Assembly (NCBI GenBank): GCA_964531065.1
Contig: CAZHFP010000001.1
Coordinates: 8,165 to 66,671, forward strand
DNA length: 58,507 nucleotides
From: an uncultured bacterium
Lineage (GTDB): Bacteria > Oederibacteriota > Muellerivitia > Muellerivitales > Muellerivitaceae
Direction: 5' to 3'
Under the pieces are notes generated by a model. It made no database searches. It had not been told where the DNA came from and worked only from the letters and a program-made list of their open reading frames with translations. How positions within the stretch are numbered: the first letter of the stretch is position 1; the number at the start of each line of letters is the position of its first letter. Shown piece by piece: positions 35,890-44,905 of the stretch. The translations under genes and the position numbers were made by a program.

Positions 35890-37091
35890 GAATAAAACGC
35901 TATGAAGCTCCCACGATTCAAGAGGCCTTAATGAAGGTGAAAAAAGATTTAGGCCCCGAAGCGGTCATTCTTTACACGAAGACCTTCCGCAAGGGAGGCA
36001 TGCTGGGGATGTTCGGAAAGCCCATGGCTGAAATTACCGCGGGGGTTGATTTGAATCTCGCGGAGGATATGGCTAAGCGGAAGGGCAGTGTGGCGGTCGC
36101 GCCCCCCCTGTTGGATCGAAGTGAAATGGTGATCAAAAAAACCATCCCGTCCCCTTCGGCTCCGGGCCCCGCGCCGTCCCTGGGTTCCTTGGATCCGGCG
36201 AGGGCCAAGGTCAAGGCTCTTCAGCGAGAACTCAATGAAATGAAAACGTCCAGCGTGGCCAATGTGTTGAGGGACTTGAATCAAGTGGATACGGCGGCGC
36301 TGCTGTCCGAGGGATTCTCGAAAATCAAAAAAAAGCTGATCCGGCAGGAAGTTGAAGATTTTCTCATTCAAAAAATAATCAAAGGGATGATCGCGGAGAA
36401 GGTCGACCCGGAAAAAAACGAAGAAGTGTTTCAATGGCTTGACCGTTATGTTCGCGGGGTCCTAAAAATCGCCCCGCCCGCGGCGCCGTCGAATTTTCAA
36501 AAAGTAATTGCGTTCGTGGGGCCGACGGGCGTTGGGAAAACAACGACCTTGGCGAAGCTCGCGGCGCGGTTTAGTTTAATTGACCGGAAAAAAGTTGCGA
36601 TGGTGACCGCGGATACCTACCGCATCGCCGCGACGGAGCAGTTGAAAACCTATGGAAAAATTATGGGAATACCCGTTGAGGTTGCGGACTCTTCGCAGGA
36701 GATTGTTAATATTTTGACCAAGTATAAAAATATGGATTTGGTTTTGATTGATACGGCGGGCCGAAGCCCCTCCAGCGACGAGCAGCTGGAAGAACTTAAA
36801 GAATTCATCGCCCGAAGCCAGGCTGACGAGATTCATTTGGTGTTGTCGGCAACGACAAAATATTTCGATATGCTTAGGATCATCGAACGATTTGGAGTGT
36901 CGGTTCCCATCAACCGGATGATATTCACCAAACTGGACGAAACCAGGTTTTATGGAGCCTTTTTGAATCTGATGAATAATTTCCAAATTCCATTGTCGTT
37001 TTACGCCACGGGCCAGAATGTGCCGGATGATTTAGAGGTTCCGGAGAACAACTCCTTGTCCGAAAGAATAACCAAAGCTCTTCTGGCTTAG
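35886..37091 (+). CDS. flhF: Flagellar SRP-type GTPase FlhF
   Basis: GPTGVGKTTTLAKLAA, DTAGRS and TKLDET GTPase motifs. ATGA overlap with flhA. Confidence 0.9.
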   Translation: MRIKRYEAPTIQEALMKVKKDLGPEAVILYTKTFRKGGMLGMFGKPMAEITAGVDLNLAEDMAKRKGSVAVAPPLLDRSEMVIKKTIPSPSAPGPAPSLGSLDPARAKVKALQRELNEMKTSSVANVLRDLNQVDTAALLSEGFSKIKKKLIRQEVEDFLIQKIIKGMIAEKVDPEKNEEVFQWLDRYVRGVLKIAPPAAPSNFQKVIAFVGPTGVGKTTTLAKLAARFSLIDRKKVAMVTADTYRIAATEQLKTYGKIMGIPVEVADSSQEIVNILTKYKNMDLVLIDTAGRSPSSDEQLEELKEFIARSQADEIHLVLSATTKYFDMLRIIERFGVSVPINRMIFTKLDETRFYGAFLNLMNNFQIPLSFYATGQNVPDDLEVPENNSLSERITKALLA

Positions 37092-37099
37092 GGGGGGAT

Positions 37100-38008
37100 A
37101 TGCAGGATCAAGCGGAGCGGCTTCGACAATTAATGGATCGTTTGAACCAGCCCTTGACTTCAGAGGCGCCTGAGCCCGCCGCCTCGTCCCGCTGCCGGAT
37201 CATTACGGTGACCAGCGGCAAGGGAGGCGTGGGGAAAACGAACCTTTCCGTCAATTTCGCCTTGGCCATGGCGGCGCGGGGAAAAAGTGTTTTGCTATTT
37301 GACGCGGATATGGGTTTGGCGAACGTGGATGTGATGCTGGGCATGATCCCCCAGTACACGCTTTTAAACGTTTTAAATGGACAGAAAAGCCTTTCGGAAA
37401 TTATTCTCGAAGGTCCGGGCGGCATTAAGCTGGTGGCTTCAGGTTCGGGAGGGGTTCAGGAGCTCGCTGATTTGAACGAGTCCCAGAGGGTAAAATTTTT
37501 AGACGCCCTCATGGAGCTGCAAAACCAATCGGATATTATTTTAATCGACACGGGAGCGGGTCTCCACCGCAATGTGCTGGCTTTCGTGATCGCGGCCGAA
37601 GAAGTGGTGATTGTCACCACGCCCGAACCGACGGCGCTGATGGACGCCTATGGCATGATCAAAATACTGTACCGCGAAAAAGGAAACCCGGTCATCAACA
37701 TCGTGGTGAATATGGCGGGCAATCAAACCGAGGCAGATGAGGCGGGAAAGAAGCTGGTCATCCTTTCCAAGCGGTTTTTGGGATTGGATATCGAGTATCT
37801 CGGATTTGTTCCGAGGGACCCGAGCATGCTGAAGGCCGTTCGGGAGCAAAAACCGGTCCTTTTGTCTGCGCCGCTTTGCCCCGCGGCGGTGAGTATGAAT
37901 CGATTGGCGGAAATGATCATAACCGGAAAGGCCCGGCGCGACGAAGGCGACCTGATTAATTTTTTTAAAAAAGTCACTCATATTTTCGGAAGCAAGCGCA
38001 AGGGTTGA
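37100..38008 (+). CDS. flhG: MinD-type ATPase FlhG (FleN/YlxH)
   Basis: Deviant Walker A SGKGGVGKTN, MinD/ParA fold, immediately after flhF. Confidence 0.9.
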   Translation: MQDQAERLRQLMDRLNQPLTSEAPEPAASSRCRIITVTSGKGGVGKTNLSVNFALAMAARGKSVLLFDADMGLANVDVMLGMIPQYTLLNVLNGQKSLSEIILEGPGGIKLVASGSGGVQELADLNESQRVKFLDALMELQNQSDIILIDTGAGLHRNVLAFVIAAEEVVIVTTPEPTALMDAYGMIKILYREKGNPVINIVVNMAGNQTEADEAGKKLVILSKRFLGLDIEYLGFVPRDPSMLKAVREQKPVLLSAPLCPAAVSMNRLAEMIITGKARRDEGDLINFFKKVTHIFGSKRKG

Positions 38009-38077
38009 TCGGACGAGGGAGTGTGGCGGGGTTGAAGCGGAATGGGTTTGAGTTTTTGAAATTGGGTTTTAAAAAAA

Positions 38078-38503
38078 ATGCGGGGGAAACCGATGGCGAA
38101 AAAAGAAAAAGACCGTCTTTATTACGAAATCACGAAGGAAAAAGCCTATGGCAATTTCCAAATGTACCTGGTGGGCGGGTCGGCGGGATCGGTTTTAGGA
38201 TTCCTGATCATTTCGTTAGTAGGAGCTTACGAGGGAATGGAGATGGATAGTTTGGTTCTCGCTTTTTTGGTCGCGAGCTTTTTGGGATTTTTCTTCGGCG
38301 TCATGATCATGTGGATCGCGATTACCTATATTGAAAAACTTATTCCAACCTCCAGCCTAACTTCGGGAGGCGTGGACGCGTCAGTCCCGGCGGAAGCGGC
38401 GCCTCTCGCGGAATCGGAAGCCGCACCCAGCGTTGAATCGGAGGAATCCAAGGGTAAATCCGTTGATTTTGTTTTTCCTGAACTTTCGCCCGATAACCAA
38501 TAG
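38078..38503 (+). CDS. Hypothetical small membrane protein between flhG and fliA
   Basis: 141-aa ORF (or from the ATG at 38093). Basic N-terminus, two hydrophobic helices and an acidic Ala/Glu/Ser-rich tail. No recognisable family. Confidence 0.5.
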   Translation: MRGKPMAKKEKDRLYYEITKEKAYGNFQMYLVGGSAGSVLGFLIISLVGAYEGMEMDSLVLAFLVASFLGFFFGVMIMWIAITYIEKLIPTSSLTSGGVDASVPAEAAPLAESEAAPSVESEESKGKSVDFVFPELSPDNQ

Positions 38504-38508
38504 CGAAA

Positions 38509-39354
38509 ATGGAGACCTCGGGAAGCTTGAATTCGCTTTGGGCAAGCTTTCTAAAAAAGAAAAGTGATTTAACGGCTAGGGAAGGCTTGGCCAAAACCTA
38601 TTTATTTTTGGTCGAAGCGGAAACCCGGAGATTGTTGGCCCGGCTGCCCGTGAGGGCTTACTGGGAAAAAAAAGACGATTTGGGATCGGCCGGCGTCATT
38701 GGCTTATTACAAGCCTTGGATCATTTCACGCCGCCCAAGGACAAACGCCACGATCCGGGCCGGGCTTTCGAGGCTTACGCGCGGTACCGAATTCGCGGGC
38801 AAATGGTCGACGAACTTCGGAGTTTGGATTTTGCCAGGCGTAATTTAAGAAAGCAAGCTCGGGCCATTCAGGAGGCTGAAAAAAAACTGGAGACTCGCCT
38901 GGGAAGATCCCCGCGGGAAGAAGAAACCGCGAAGGCCTTGGGCATTCCTTTGGATGAGCTTTATGACTGGCTCGCCGAGATTAATATGCTCAATTTGCTG
39001 TCCTTGGACGCGGAAATGGGCGGAGGCGGAGGCGAAGGAGGCTCCTGGGCGGACGTATTGCCGGACTCCAAGGCCGAGAATCCACTTGATAAAGTTGAGA
39101 AACAAGAGAAAATTGAACAAGTCGCGGACGCGTTAAAGGCTTTAGGCGATTCGGAGCAAAAAGTCCTTCATCTTTACTATGTCGAGGCTTTGACGTTTAA
39201 AGAAATTGGGAAAGTTTTAAATGTAAGCGAATCGAGGATTTGTCAGATTCACCACCTGGCTGTTTTCCGGCTCCAGGAGAGGGTAAGTGAAGGCCGGAAG
39301 CTGGGCGGGGTTCGGGGTCGAGAGGGGTTGGGGGATCGTTCTTTTGATAAGTAA
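38509..39354 (+). CDS. fliA: Flagellar sigma factor FliA (sigma-28 / SigD / WhiG family)
   Basis: Region 2 (YARYRIRGQMVDELR) and the region 4.2 HTH (LTFKEIGKVLNVSESRICQIHH). Located after flhF-flhG, as in fla/che operons. Confidence 0.9.
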   Translation: METSGSLNSLWASFLKKKSDLTAREGLAKTYLFLVEAETRRLLARLPVRAYWEKKDDLGSAGVIGLLQALDHFTPPKDKRHDPGRAFEAYARYRIRGQMVDELRSLDFARRNLRKQARAIQEAEKKLETRLGRSPREEETAKALGIPLDELYDWLAEINMLNLLSLDAEMGGGGGEGGSWADVLPDSKAENPLDKVEKQEKIEQVADALKALGDSEQKVLHLYYVEALTFKEIGKVLNVSESRICQIHHLAVFRLQERVSEGRKLGGVRGREGLGDRSFDK

Positions 39355-39462
39355 AAGAGGGATAACGGAATAAATTAAAACGTGTTATGGGACGGCCTGG
39401 ATGCCCGTCGGCCCATAAACTGGATGAAGCCTCGAAAAAACGATAACGCAAAGGTGGAGAGC

Positions 39463-40917
39463 ATGCAAGAATTGGTCTTTGTGGAAATCAACGACGATGA
39501 AATGCAGGCGAAGGTAACAGTGGTTCCTCCTCAAGCGGAAACGGACCGGTTCTCCACGGTTGATGATGTTCGTGAAGCCCTCAAGCGGCGGAATGTGGTT
39601 TACGGAGTCGATGAAGCGCGAATGGCGGAAATCTCGGCGAAACTTTCCCAATTCGCGGCCTCTAAAAACATTAATGAACCTATCGAAATGGATATCGCCT
39701 TTGGAACCCCTCTGGCCAATGGGGAAGACGCCCGGGTGGAGTATCTCTATAAAAAAGCTGAAGAGGAAGCTCCCGCGGTAGTGGAGCCGGAAGAAACCGA
39801 GGACGGCCGCATCGATTACAAGGCGGCGCACAAGATCGACAACATCCTAAAGGGTACCCTGCTGGCGCGTAAAATCCCGCCGACCAAGGGCCTGCAGGGC
39901 ATGACCGTGACCGGCAAGGCAACCCAGGCCAAGGATGGGGTGGATATCGAGGTGAAGATCGGAAAGGGCGTAGTTATTTCTCCGTCCAATCCCGATGAGT
40001 ATCTCGCCGACGCGGACGGCCAAGTCATTGTGAAGGATAACAAGATTTCCGTGCTTGCCCTCTACGAGGTTCCGGGTGATGTCAATCTTTCCACCGGTAA
40101 TATTGATTTTATCGGAACGGTCGTGGTTCGGGGCGACGTGAAGGACGGGTTTAAGGTTTTCGCCGGCGAAGATATCATTGTGAATGGGGTTGTGGAAGGG
40201 GCCGAATTAAAGTGCAACGGAAAAATGACGATTGGAGGAGGTGTCAGCGGCAATGATAAAGCGAAAATCACCTGCCCAGGCGACGCGAACATCAAATATA
40301 TCCGAAATGCCACAGTGGATGTTGGCGGAAATTTAACCACGGCCCAGGCCATTATGCACAGTAAGGTCACGGTGGGGAACAAAGTCAATGTCGCCGGTAA
40401 AAAGGGAGTCATCGTCGGAGGACAGGTCATCGCGGGCCGGGAAGTTTTCGCCGCGTCCATGGGTTCCAATTTCGCCACTCCAACCGAGGTCATTGTTGGG
40501 GAAGCGGTGGGGTTACGAGATGAGCTTCAGAAGATGGAAACCGAGCTGAAAGCCGCCGTTGAAAATCTTGATAAAACAAAAAAAGGAATCCAGTTTTTAA
40601 AGGATCTTTCGACCAAAATGGGCGGAGCCCTTCCGCCTGACAAGAAAGAACTGCTGACCAAATTGACGAGGGCTCAGTTTGCCCTGATGGCTTCCACCAA
40701 GTCCTTGGCTGAAAAAAAGCAGGAGGTGGAGAAGAAAGAGCAGGAGGGCGCGGAGGAACGCCGCCGGCACGCGAAAGTTATGTGCATGGGGGTGATTCAT
40801 ACGGGGGTTAAAATAACCATTAATAAGGCCTCCCGGCAAATCTCGGAAGAACTGAAGTATTGTACTTTGACCGAATCGGACGGTGAGGTTAAGGTCGGTC
40901 CGTTTAAAGGTAATTAA
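39463..40917 (+). CDS. fapA: FapA-family (DUF342) flagellar assembly protein
   Basis: Beta-helix repeats (GNIDFIGTVVVRGDVKDGFKVFAGEDIIVNGVVEGAELKCNGKMTIGGGV) and a C-terminal coiled coil are typical of DUF342/FapA. An RBS (AAGGTGGAG) precedes the ATG at 39463. Confidence 0.75.
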   Translation: MQELVFVEINDDEMQAKVTVVPPQAETDRFSTVDDVREALKRRNVVYGVDEARMAEISAKLSQFAASKNINEPIEMDIAFGTPLANGEDARVEYLYKKAEEEAPAVVEPEETEDGRIDYKAAHKIDNILKGTLLARKIPPTKGLQGMTVTGKATQAKDGVDIEVKIGKGVVISPSNPDEYLADADGQVIVKDNKISVLALYEVPGDVNLSTGNIDFIGTVVVRGDVKDGFKVFAGEDIIVNGVVEGAELKCNGKMTIGGGVSGNDKAKITCPGDANIKYIRNATVDVGGNLTTAQAIMHSKVTVGNKVNVAGKKGVIVGGQVIAGREVFAASMGSNFATPTEVIVGEAVGLRDELQKMETELKAAVENLDKTKKGIQFLKDLSTKMGGALPPDKKELLTKLTRAQFALMASTKSLAEKKQEVEKKEQEGAEERRRHAKVMCMGVIHTGVKITINKASRQISEELKYCTLTESDGEVKVGPFKGN

Positions 40918-41040
40918 GCGTGCCGTGATTTTCTTCGAAATCTTCGCGGAAGAGGCTGCTGGCGGGCTTGAGGCTGTTGGTTGGGAATCAAAGGGCGATG
41001 GTATAGACGACAAAAACTCATATTGATATAAGGGCCTGAA

Positions 41041-41703
41041 ATGGATCTGTTTTCAATTCTTCAAATGTTCTTTGACGCTGTTTTTCTTTTCGGGGTTCTG
41101 TTTTTATTTCATTACACGGTCCATCATTCGGAGAAAAAGAAAGAAGAATCCGAAATTTTAAAAAACGTGCAGGTTCAGGAAATGAAGGAAAATCTTCAGG
41201 AACTTTTGCTGACCCTGAAACAGCTGGGGAAGGAAGTTTCCGATAATATTCAGGAGCAGGTGAAAGAAGCTGAGGAAAAAACCGAATTATTTAAAAAGAT
41301 TCTACAGAAGCTCCAAAAGGATTTGAGCAAGACCGTTCGTTTGGCGGAAGAGGTGGGCGCGGAAAAAAACAGATTGGAAGAAAAGTTCAGCGTTATCCAA
41401 ACGGCGAAGTCGAAGGCTTCTCCCGCGTTAAACCCGGCGGAAGACCATCCCTTGAAATCGATGGAAAAAATGAGTTTGGATTTTAAAGACGGGTCTGAAA
41501 ACGGAACAAAATTGGGAAGGGTTCCCAAGCGGTCCGGCCGGGTCGGGGCGGTCGGTTTTTCTTCGTCCCTCGTCCGGGAAGTTTACCGGCTGGTCGATTC
41601 CGAAATGGACATCAATGAGATTATTCGGCGGACAAAATTAAGCCGAGCGGAAGTACAGTTGATTTTAAATTTGCGCGATAATCGCTTCACGACGCCGAAT
41701 TGA
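41041..41703 (+). CDS. Membrane-anchored coiled-coil protein with a C-terminal HTH-like motif (DUF2802/DUF6115-like, flagellar-locus associated)
   Basis: N-terminal TM (FFDAVFLFGVLFLFHY), a Glu/Lys coiled coil, and the C-terminal INEIIRRTKLSRAEVQLILNLR. This resembles the small HTH-like module seen in flagellar-locus DUFs. The family assignment comes from memory only. Confidence 0.45.
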   Translation: MDLFSILQMFFDAVFLFGVLFLFHYTVHHSEKKKEESEILKNVQVQEMKENLQELLLTLKQLGKEVSDNIQEQVKEAEEKTELFKKILQKLQKDLSKTVRLAEEVGAEKNRLEEKFSVIQTAKSKASPALNPAEDHPLKSMEKMSLDFKDGSENGTKLGRVPKRSGRVGAVGFSSSLVREVYRLVDSEMDINEIIRRTKLSRAEVQLILNLRDNRFTTPN

Positions 41704-41755
41704 GAGTGCCGTTTCGCAGGGTTTGAGCTCATGGAACCCGTAAGGATGCCGCGGT

Positions 41756-42412
41756 ATGGAGCGTGTTTTTCCGCTGGGATGGGGAGAGGCTTCGCCGCCG
41801 AGGGGGTCGGGCGTTCTAAATCGTTTTGCCGCCTTGGCTGGAAGCGCCAAGGTTGGTGTGGTCGAAAAGGTAGTGGGGCCCGGAACCTATGTCATTCGAA
41901 TGGATGACGGCGGTTTAGTGGAGGCCCGGGGTCCGAGGACATTGAAGCTGGGAAGTCCGGTGAGCGTTACGGCGCCTGCCGAAAGCGCGAAAGTTTTGGG
42001 ATCGACGGCGGATGCCGCCGTGTCCAACCGTGAGGCGGCGGAAGGCCTCCAGTGGTTCGCTTTGATCCCTCTTGCTTTCGGGGGAAAGAAAGCGGCCGCG
42101 CGTCTGGATGTCTATGTCGAAAAGGAAAAGGAAGGAACCAGGACAAAAGTTGACCCGGCGATTTATTTCGTCTTCACGATTCAAACGGAAGAGTGCGGTG
42201 AAATTCAGTGGAGTATTCATTTGAAGGGGCGCCAGGTGACGCTTCATGTTTTCGCCCGGCCCGGGGATGGGAAAAAAGGATTTTTGAGTCAAATGATCCT
42301 TGAGATTGAGGCGGCCTTGAATAAACGGGGGTTTGTCTTGACGGCGCCGGCCCTTTTGTTGAACCGGCCCTTTAAAGTTCCTACGGGTTTTCGCCTGAAT
42401 GTAAGGGGCTGA
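41756..42412 (+). CDS. Short FliK C-terminal (Flg_hook)-like domain protein
   Basis: 218 aa. LQWFALIPLAFGGKKAAARLDVYV...IQWSIHLKGRQVTLHVFA...EIEAALNKRGF follows the FliK C-terminal pattern (L.P..LG...v.l...v.f.a......L...L...G). It lies next to the FlhB-C paralog. Confidence 0.45.
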   Translation: MERVFPLGWGEASPPRGSGVLNRFAALAGSAKVGVVEKVVGPGTYVIRMDDGGLVEARGPRTLKLGSPVSVTAPAESAKVLGSTADAAVSNREAAEGLQWFALIPLAFGGKKAAARLDVYVEKEKEGTRTKVDPAIYFVFTIQTEECGEIQWSIHLKGRQVTLHVFARPGDGKKGFLSQMILEIEAALNKRGFVLTAPALLLNRPFKVPTGFRLNVRG

Positions 42413-42416
42413 GTCC

Positions 42417-42719
42417 ATGAGTCCTTCTTTGGGGCCTGGGAAGCGCAGAAGTCTGCGGAAAACGGCGGTGGCGATTCAATATGACCGCGCGACGATGCCG
42501 GCTCCCCAGCTGGTGGCGAAGGGGCGTGGGATTGTGGCCGAGAAATTGATAACGATGGCCCGGGAAAATGGGATTCCCATCGTGGAAGATAAGCTGCTGG
42601 TGGAAATGCTGGATAAGTTGAATTTAAATCAGCAGATTCCCGGGGAACTGTACCAGGTGGTCGCTGAGATATTGGTAGCGGTTTATAAGGCGGAGGCCGG
42701 GCTTAAAAAGAGATCTTGA
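42417..42719 (+). CDS. FlhB C-terminal-domain-only paralog (EscU/YscU/HrcU-like, YlqH type)
   Basis: 100 aa. AVAIQYD...APQLVAKGRGIVAEKLITMARENGIPIVEDKLLVEMLD...IPGELYQVVAEILVAVYK aligns with the post-NPTH part of FlhB in this window (VAVALEYK...APVVLAKGERVVAEKIKEMAKKNRIPIVENPPLARAL). Confidence 0.8.
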   Translation: MSPSLGPGKRRSLRKTAVAIQYDRATMPAPQLVAKGRGIVAEKLITMARENGIPIVEDKLLVEMLDKLNLNQQIPGELYQVVAEILVAVYKAEAGLKKRS

Positions 42720-42817
42720 CGGATTCAACAGCGTTGGATTTTAACGCGAGAAGGGTGACTGGAACGGTGCTAAAACAACATCAATTATTGAAAAACCTTT
42801 TTTCCTCAAACCGCAAA

Positions 42818-44905
42818 ATGATTTGGGGGGGATGCGCCCTGGGACTCCAATTATTTTTACTTTCAACGACCCTGGCTTATTCACAAACGCCCCCCGTTTT
42901 CCCTGTTTTTGACCGCAAGGAGACCTTTGGAATTGGACCCCGAGCCATGGGCATGGGGGGAGCCTTCACGGCGGTGGCCGATGACGCCTCGGCGGCCTAT
43001 TGGAACGTGGCCGGATTGGCCCAGCTTTCGGCTTATGAAATATCCATTTCCAGCGCGCCGGTTTATTTCGATGATAAGGTCAATGGCCATCCGGCTTTTG
43101 GGTTCCCCTGGTTCGCCTCCTTGCAGCTAATGCTTCCAGTGGCCAAGGATAACACCTTTGGTATTTCTTATTTCCGCCCCTTCCATCCCCAGAGGGATTT
43201 TTACGCGGGCACGGATGTCGACGCCACATCCCGGCAAGAGGGAAGCTACCTTCAAAACCCAAGTTTCCAGGAGGACGACCTTGTTTTGTCCTACGCGGCG
43301 AGGTTTTCGGGAGTCAAGAATTTTTCGATCGGCTTGAACGTCAAGCGCATCACCAACGACCAATATTACATCCGGTACTTCGGCGATCCTAAATCAACCC
43401 TTGGACAGGAATTGCAAAGCCCCATCCGCGTCATCGGTTTCGGGGTGGACTTGGGGATCTTGTACCGCATTCCCATTACCAAATATTCCGAAGAGTTCCG
43501 TGTGGGCTTATCCTTAAGGGATATGGTGACCACCACGACCTACGCCAATAAATTTACCCTAACCTCGCCCTCCTCCGAGGGCATTACGTTTGGGGAAGGC
43601 TCCGGCTCGGAAGCCTCGGTTGCCCCCGAAATCACCTTGGGAATAGCCTACAAAAATAATTTCCTGTTCAAAGTGCGCAATATTACGGCCTTAGATTTTG
43701 ACCAGATATCATCCGCTAACGTCCCCGGGAACGGCGACAACTTGATCCTTCGTTTCGGGACGGAATTTTGGCTCTTCAGGGATGCTTTAGGGCTCCGGAC
43801 CGGTTATTCGACCTTCCTCAGCCGGCCAGGATTTATGTCCGTGGGTTTGAGCGTCCGGGCGCTCAACGGTGATTTTCAAACCGACTTGGCCTATCTTCTT
43901 CCAGTCGCGCCTTCCGCCAGTGTTTCGGAAGGTTCGGCCATTGGTAATTTGAGCTCGAGCGGGATTAACTTTGAGCCCTTCCAAATTGGAGTGGCCTACC
44001 GCTTTGGCGGCGGGGAAGAGATTCCGCCCGCGAAGGTCAAGGCTTTCGTCCGGCCATCCGCTTTTACGCCCTCCGCCGGTGAAAAGGCGGTTTTTTATTT
44101 GGACACGACTGAGGATGTATCCCTTAATCATTGGAGCGTTTTAATTTACGATCAATCCAACCACTTGGTGAGGGGCCTCCGGGGCATTGGCTCCCCTCCC
44201 ACCAAATTGCTGTGGGGCGGAGAAAATGACCAGTATGAACCCTTGCCGCCGGGAGTTTATACCTGGGCCTTCCAAGTCACGGATCAATTGGACCATGTGG
44301 GTTCCACGCCGGTTCAAACGGTCGAAATATTAGGCCCTTCATCGGCGGAGGCCGTGAAGGATCCCAGCAAGTTAATGGCGATCCGGCAGCAACAAGCCGC
44401 TCTTTTGGTTCAGGAAAGGCAAAAATTAACGGCCCTGGCCCAGCAAAGCCTTAAAGATCTCTTGGGTGTGCCGGAAGCCACGCCCACCACAGCCAACGCG
44501 TCAGCACCCCCCGTGGATGCGTCCGGAAATACCCTGGTTCCGGAGGCTGGCTCGGTGCCTTCTATTGGCTTCAATAATGTCGCAAAAGACCAGGTTTTGA
44601 ATACCCATTTTGATAAGAACCTGGACGGGAACCCGATTCTGGTTGTCAGCTACAAATCCAACCTAACTTTTGTGCCCTATCTCTACCAGGAGGCGGCCGA
44701 AGTCATTAAAACCAGCGTTAATTCGGTTGGAACTGGTTTAAAAGGGATATCGACTCATGTATATTATGGGAAAAATGAGCTTACCCTGGAGACGACAACC
44801 CAGGCCGCGGCTAACTATGCCTCGGGAAAGATCGACCAACTAAAATTGTTACAATTGTCGGATATTAAAATAAACGGCGCGAAGGTAGGACCGAATGGTT
44901 ATTAG
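42818..44905 (+). CDS. Outer-membrane beta-barrel protein (PorV/FadL/UPF0164-like) with an FlgD-Ig-like domain and a C-terminal extension
   Basis: Signal peptide MIWGGCALGLQLFLLSTTLAYSQ. GPRAMGMGGAFTAVADDASAAYWNVAGLA is the PorV/UPF0164-type N-terminal motif, followed by alternating beta-strand patterns to about aa 432. The Ig-like segment (44027-44338) carries PPGVYTWAFQV. A coiled coil and an unknown C-terminal domain follow. TTG at 42716 is an alternative start. Confidence 0.65.
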   Translation: MIWGGCALGLQLFLLSTTLAYSQTPPVFPVFDRKETFGIGPRAMGMGGAFTAVADDASAAYWNVAGLAQLSAYEISISSAPVYFDDKVNGHPAFGFPWFASLQLMLPVAKDNTFGISYFRPFHPQRDFYAGTDVDATSRQEGSYLQNPSFQEDDLVLSYAARFSGVKNFSIGLNVKRITNDQYYIRYFGDPKSTLGQELQSPIRVIGFGVDLGILYRIPITKYSEEFRVGLSLRDMVTTTTYANKFTLTSPSSEGITFGEGSGSEASVAPEITLGIAYKNNFLFKVRNITALDFDQISSANVPGNGDNLILRFGTEFWLFRDALGLRTGYSTFLSRPGFMSVGLSVRALNGDFQTDLAYLLPVAPSASVSEGSAIGNLSSSGINFEPFQIGVAYRFGGGEEIPPAKVKAFVRPSAFTPSAGEKAVFYLDTTEDVSLNHWSVLIYDQSNHLVRGLRGIGSPPTKLLWGGENDQYEPLPPGVYTWAFQVTDQLDHVGSTPVQTVEILGPSSAEAVKDPSKLMAIRQQQAALLVQERQKLTALAQQSLKDLLGVPEATPTTANASAPPVDASGNTLVPEAGSVPSIGFNNVAKDQVLNTHFDKNLDGNPILVVSYKSNLTFVPYLYQEAAEVIKTSVNSVGTGLKGISTHVYYGKNELTLETTTQAAANYASGKIDQLKLLQLSDIKINGAKVGPNGY

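Noticed and set aside
38005-38250. 81-aa + strand ORF overlapping the flhG stop and the start of the 38078 ORF.
   Set aside because: It is in a different frame from the hydrophobic two-TM ORF and its product is Gly/Arg-rich and featureless. The 38078/38093 frame has better start context and coherent TM segments.
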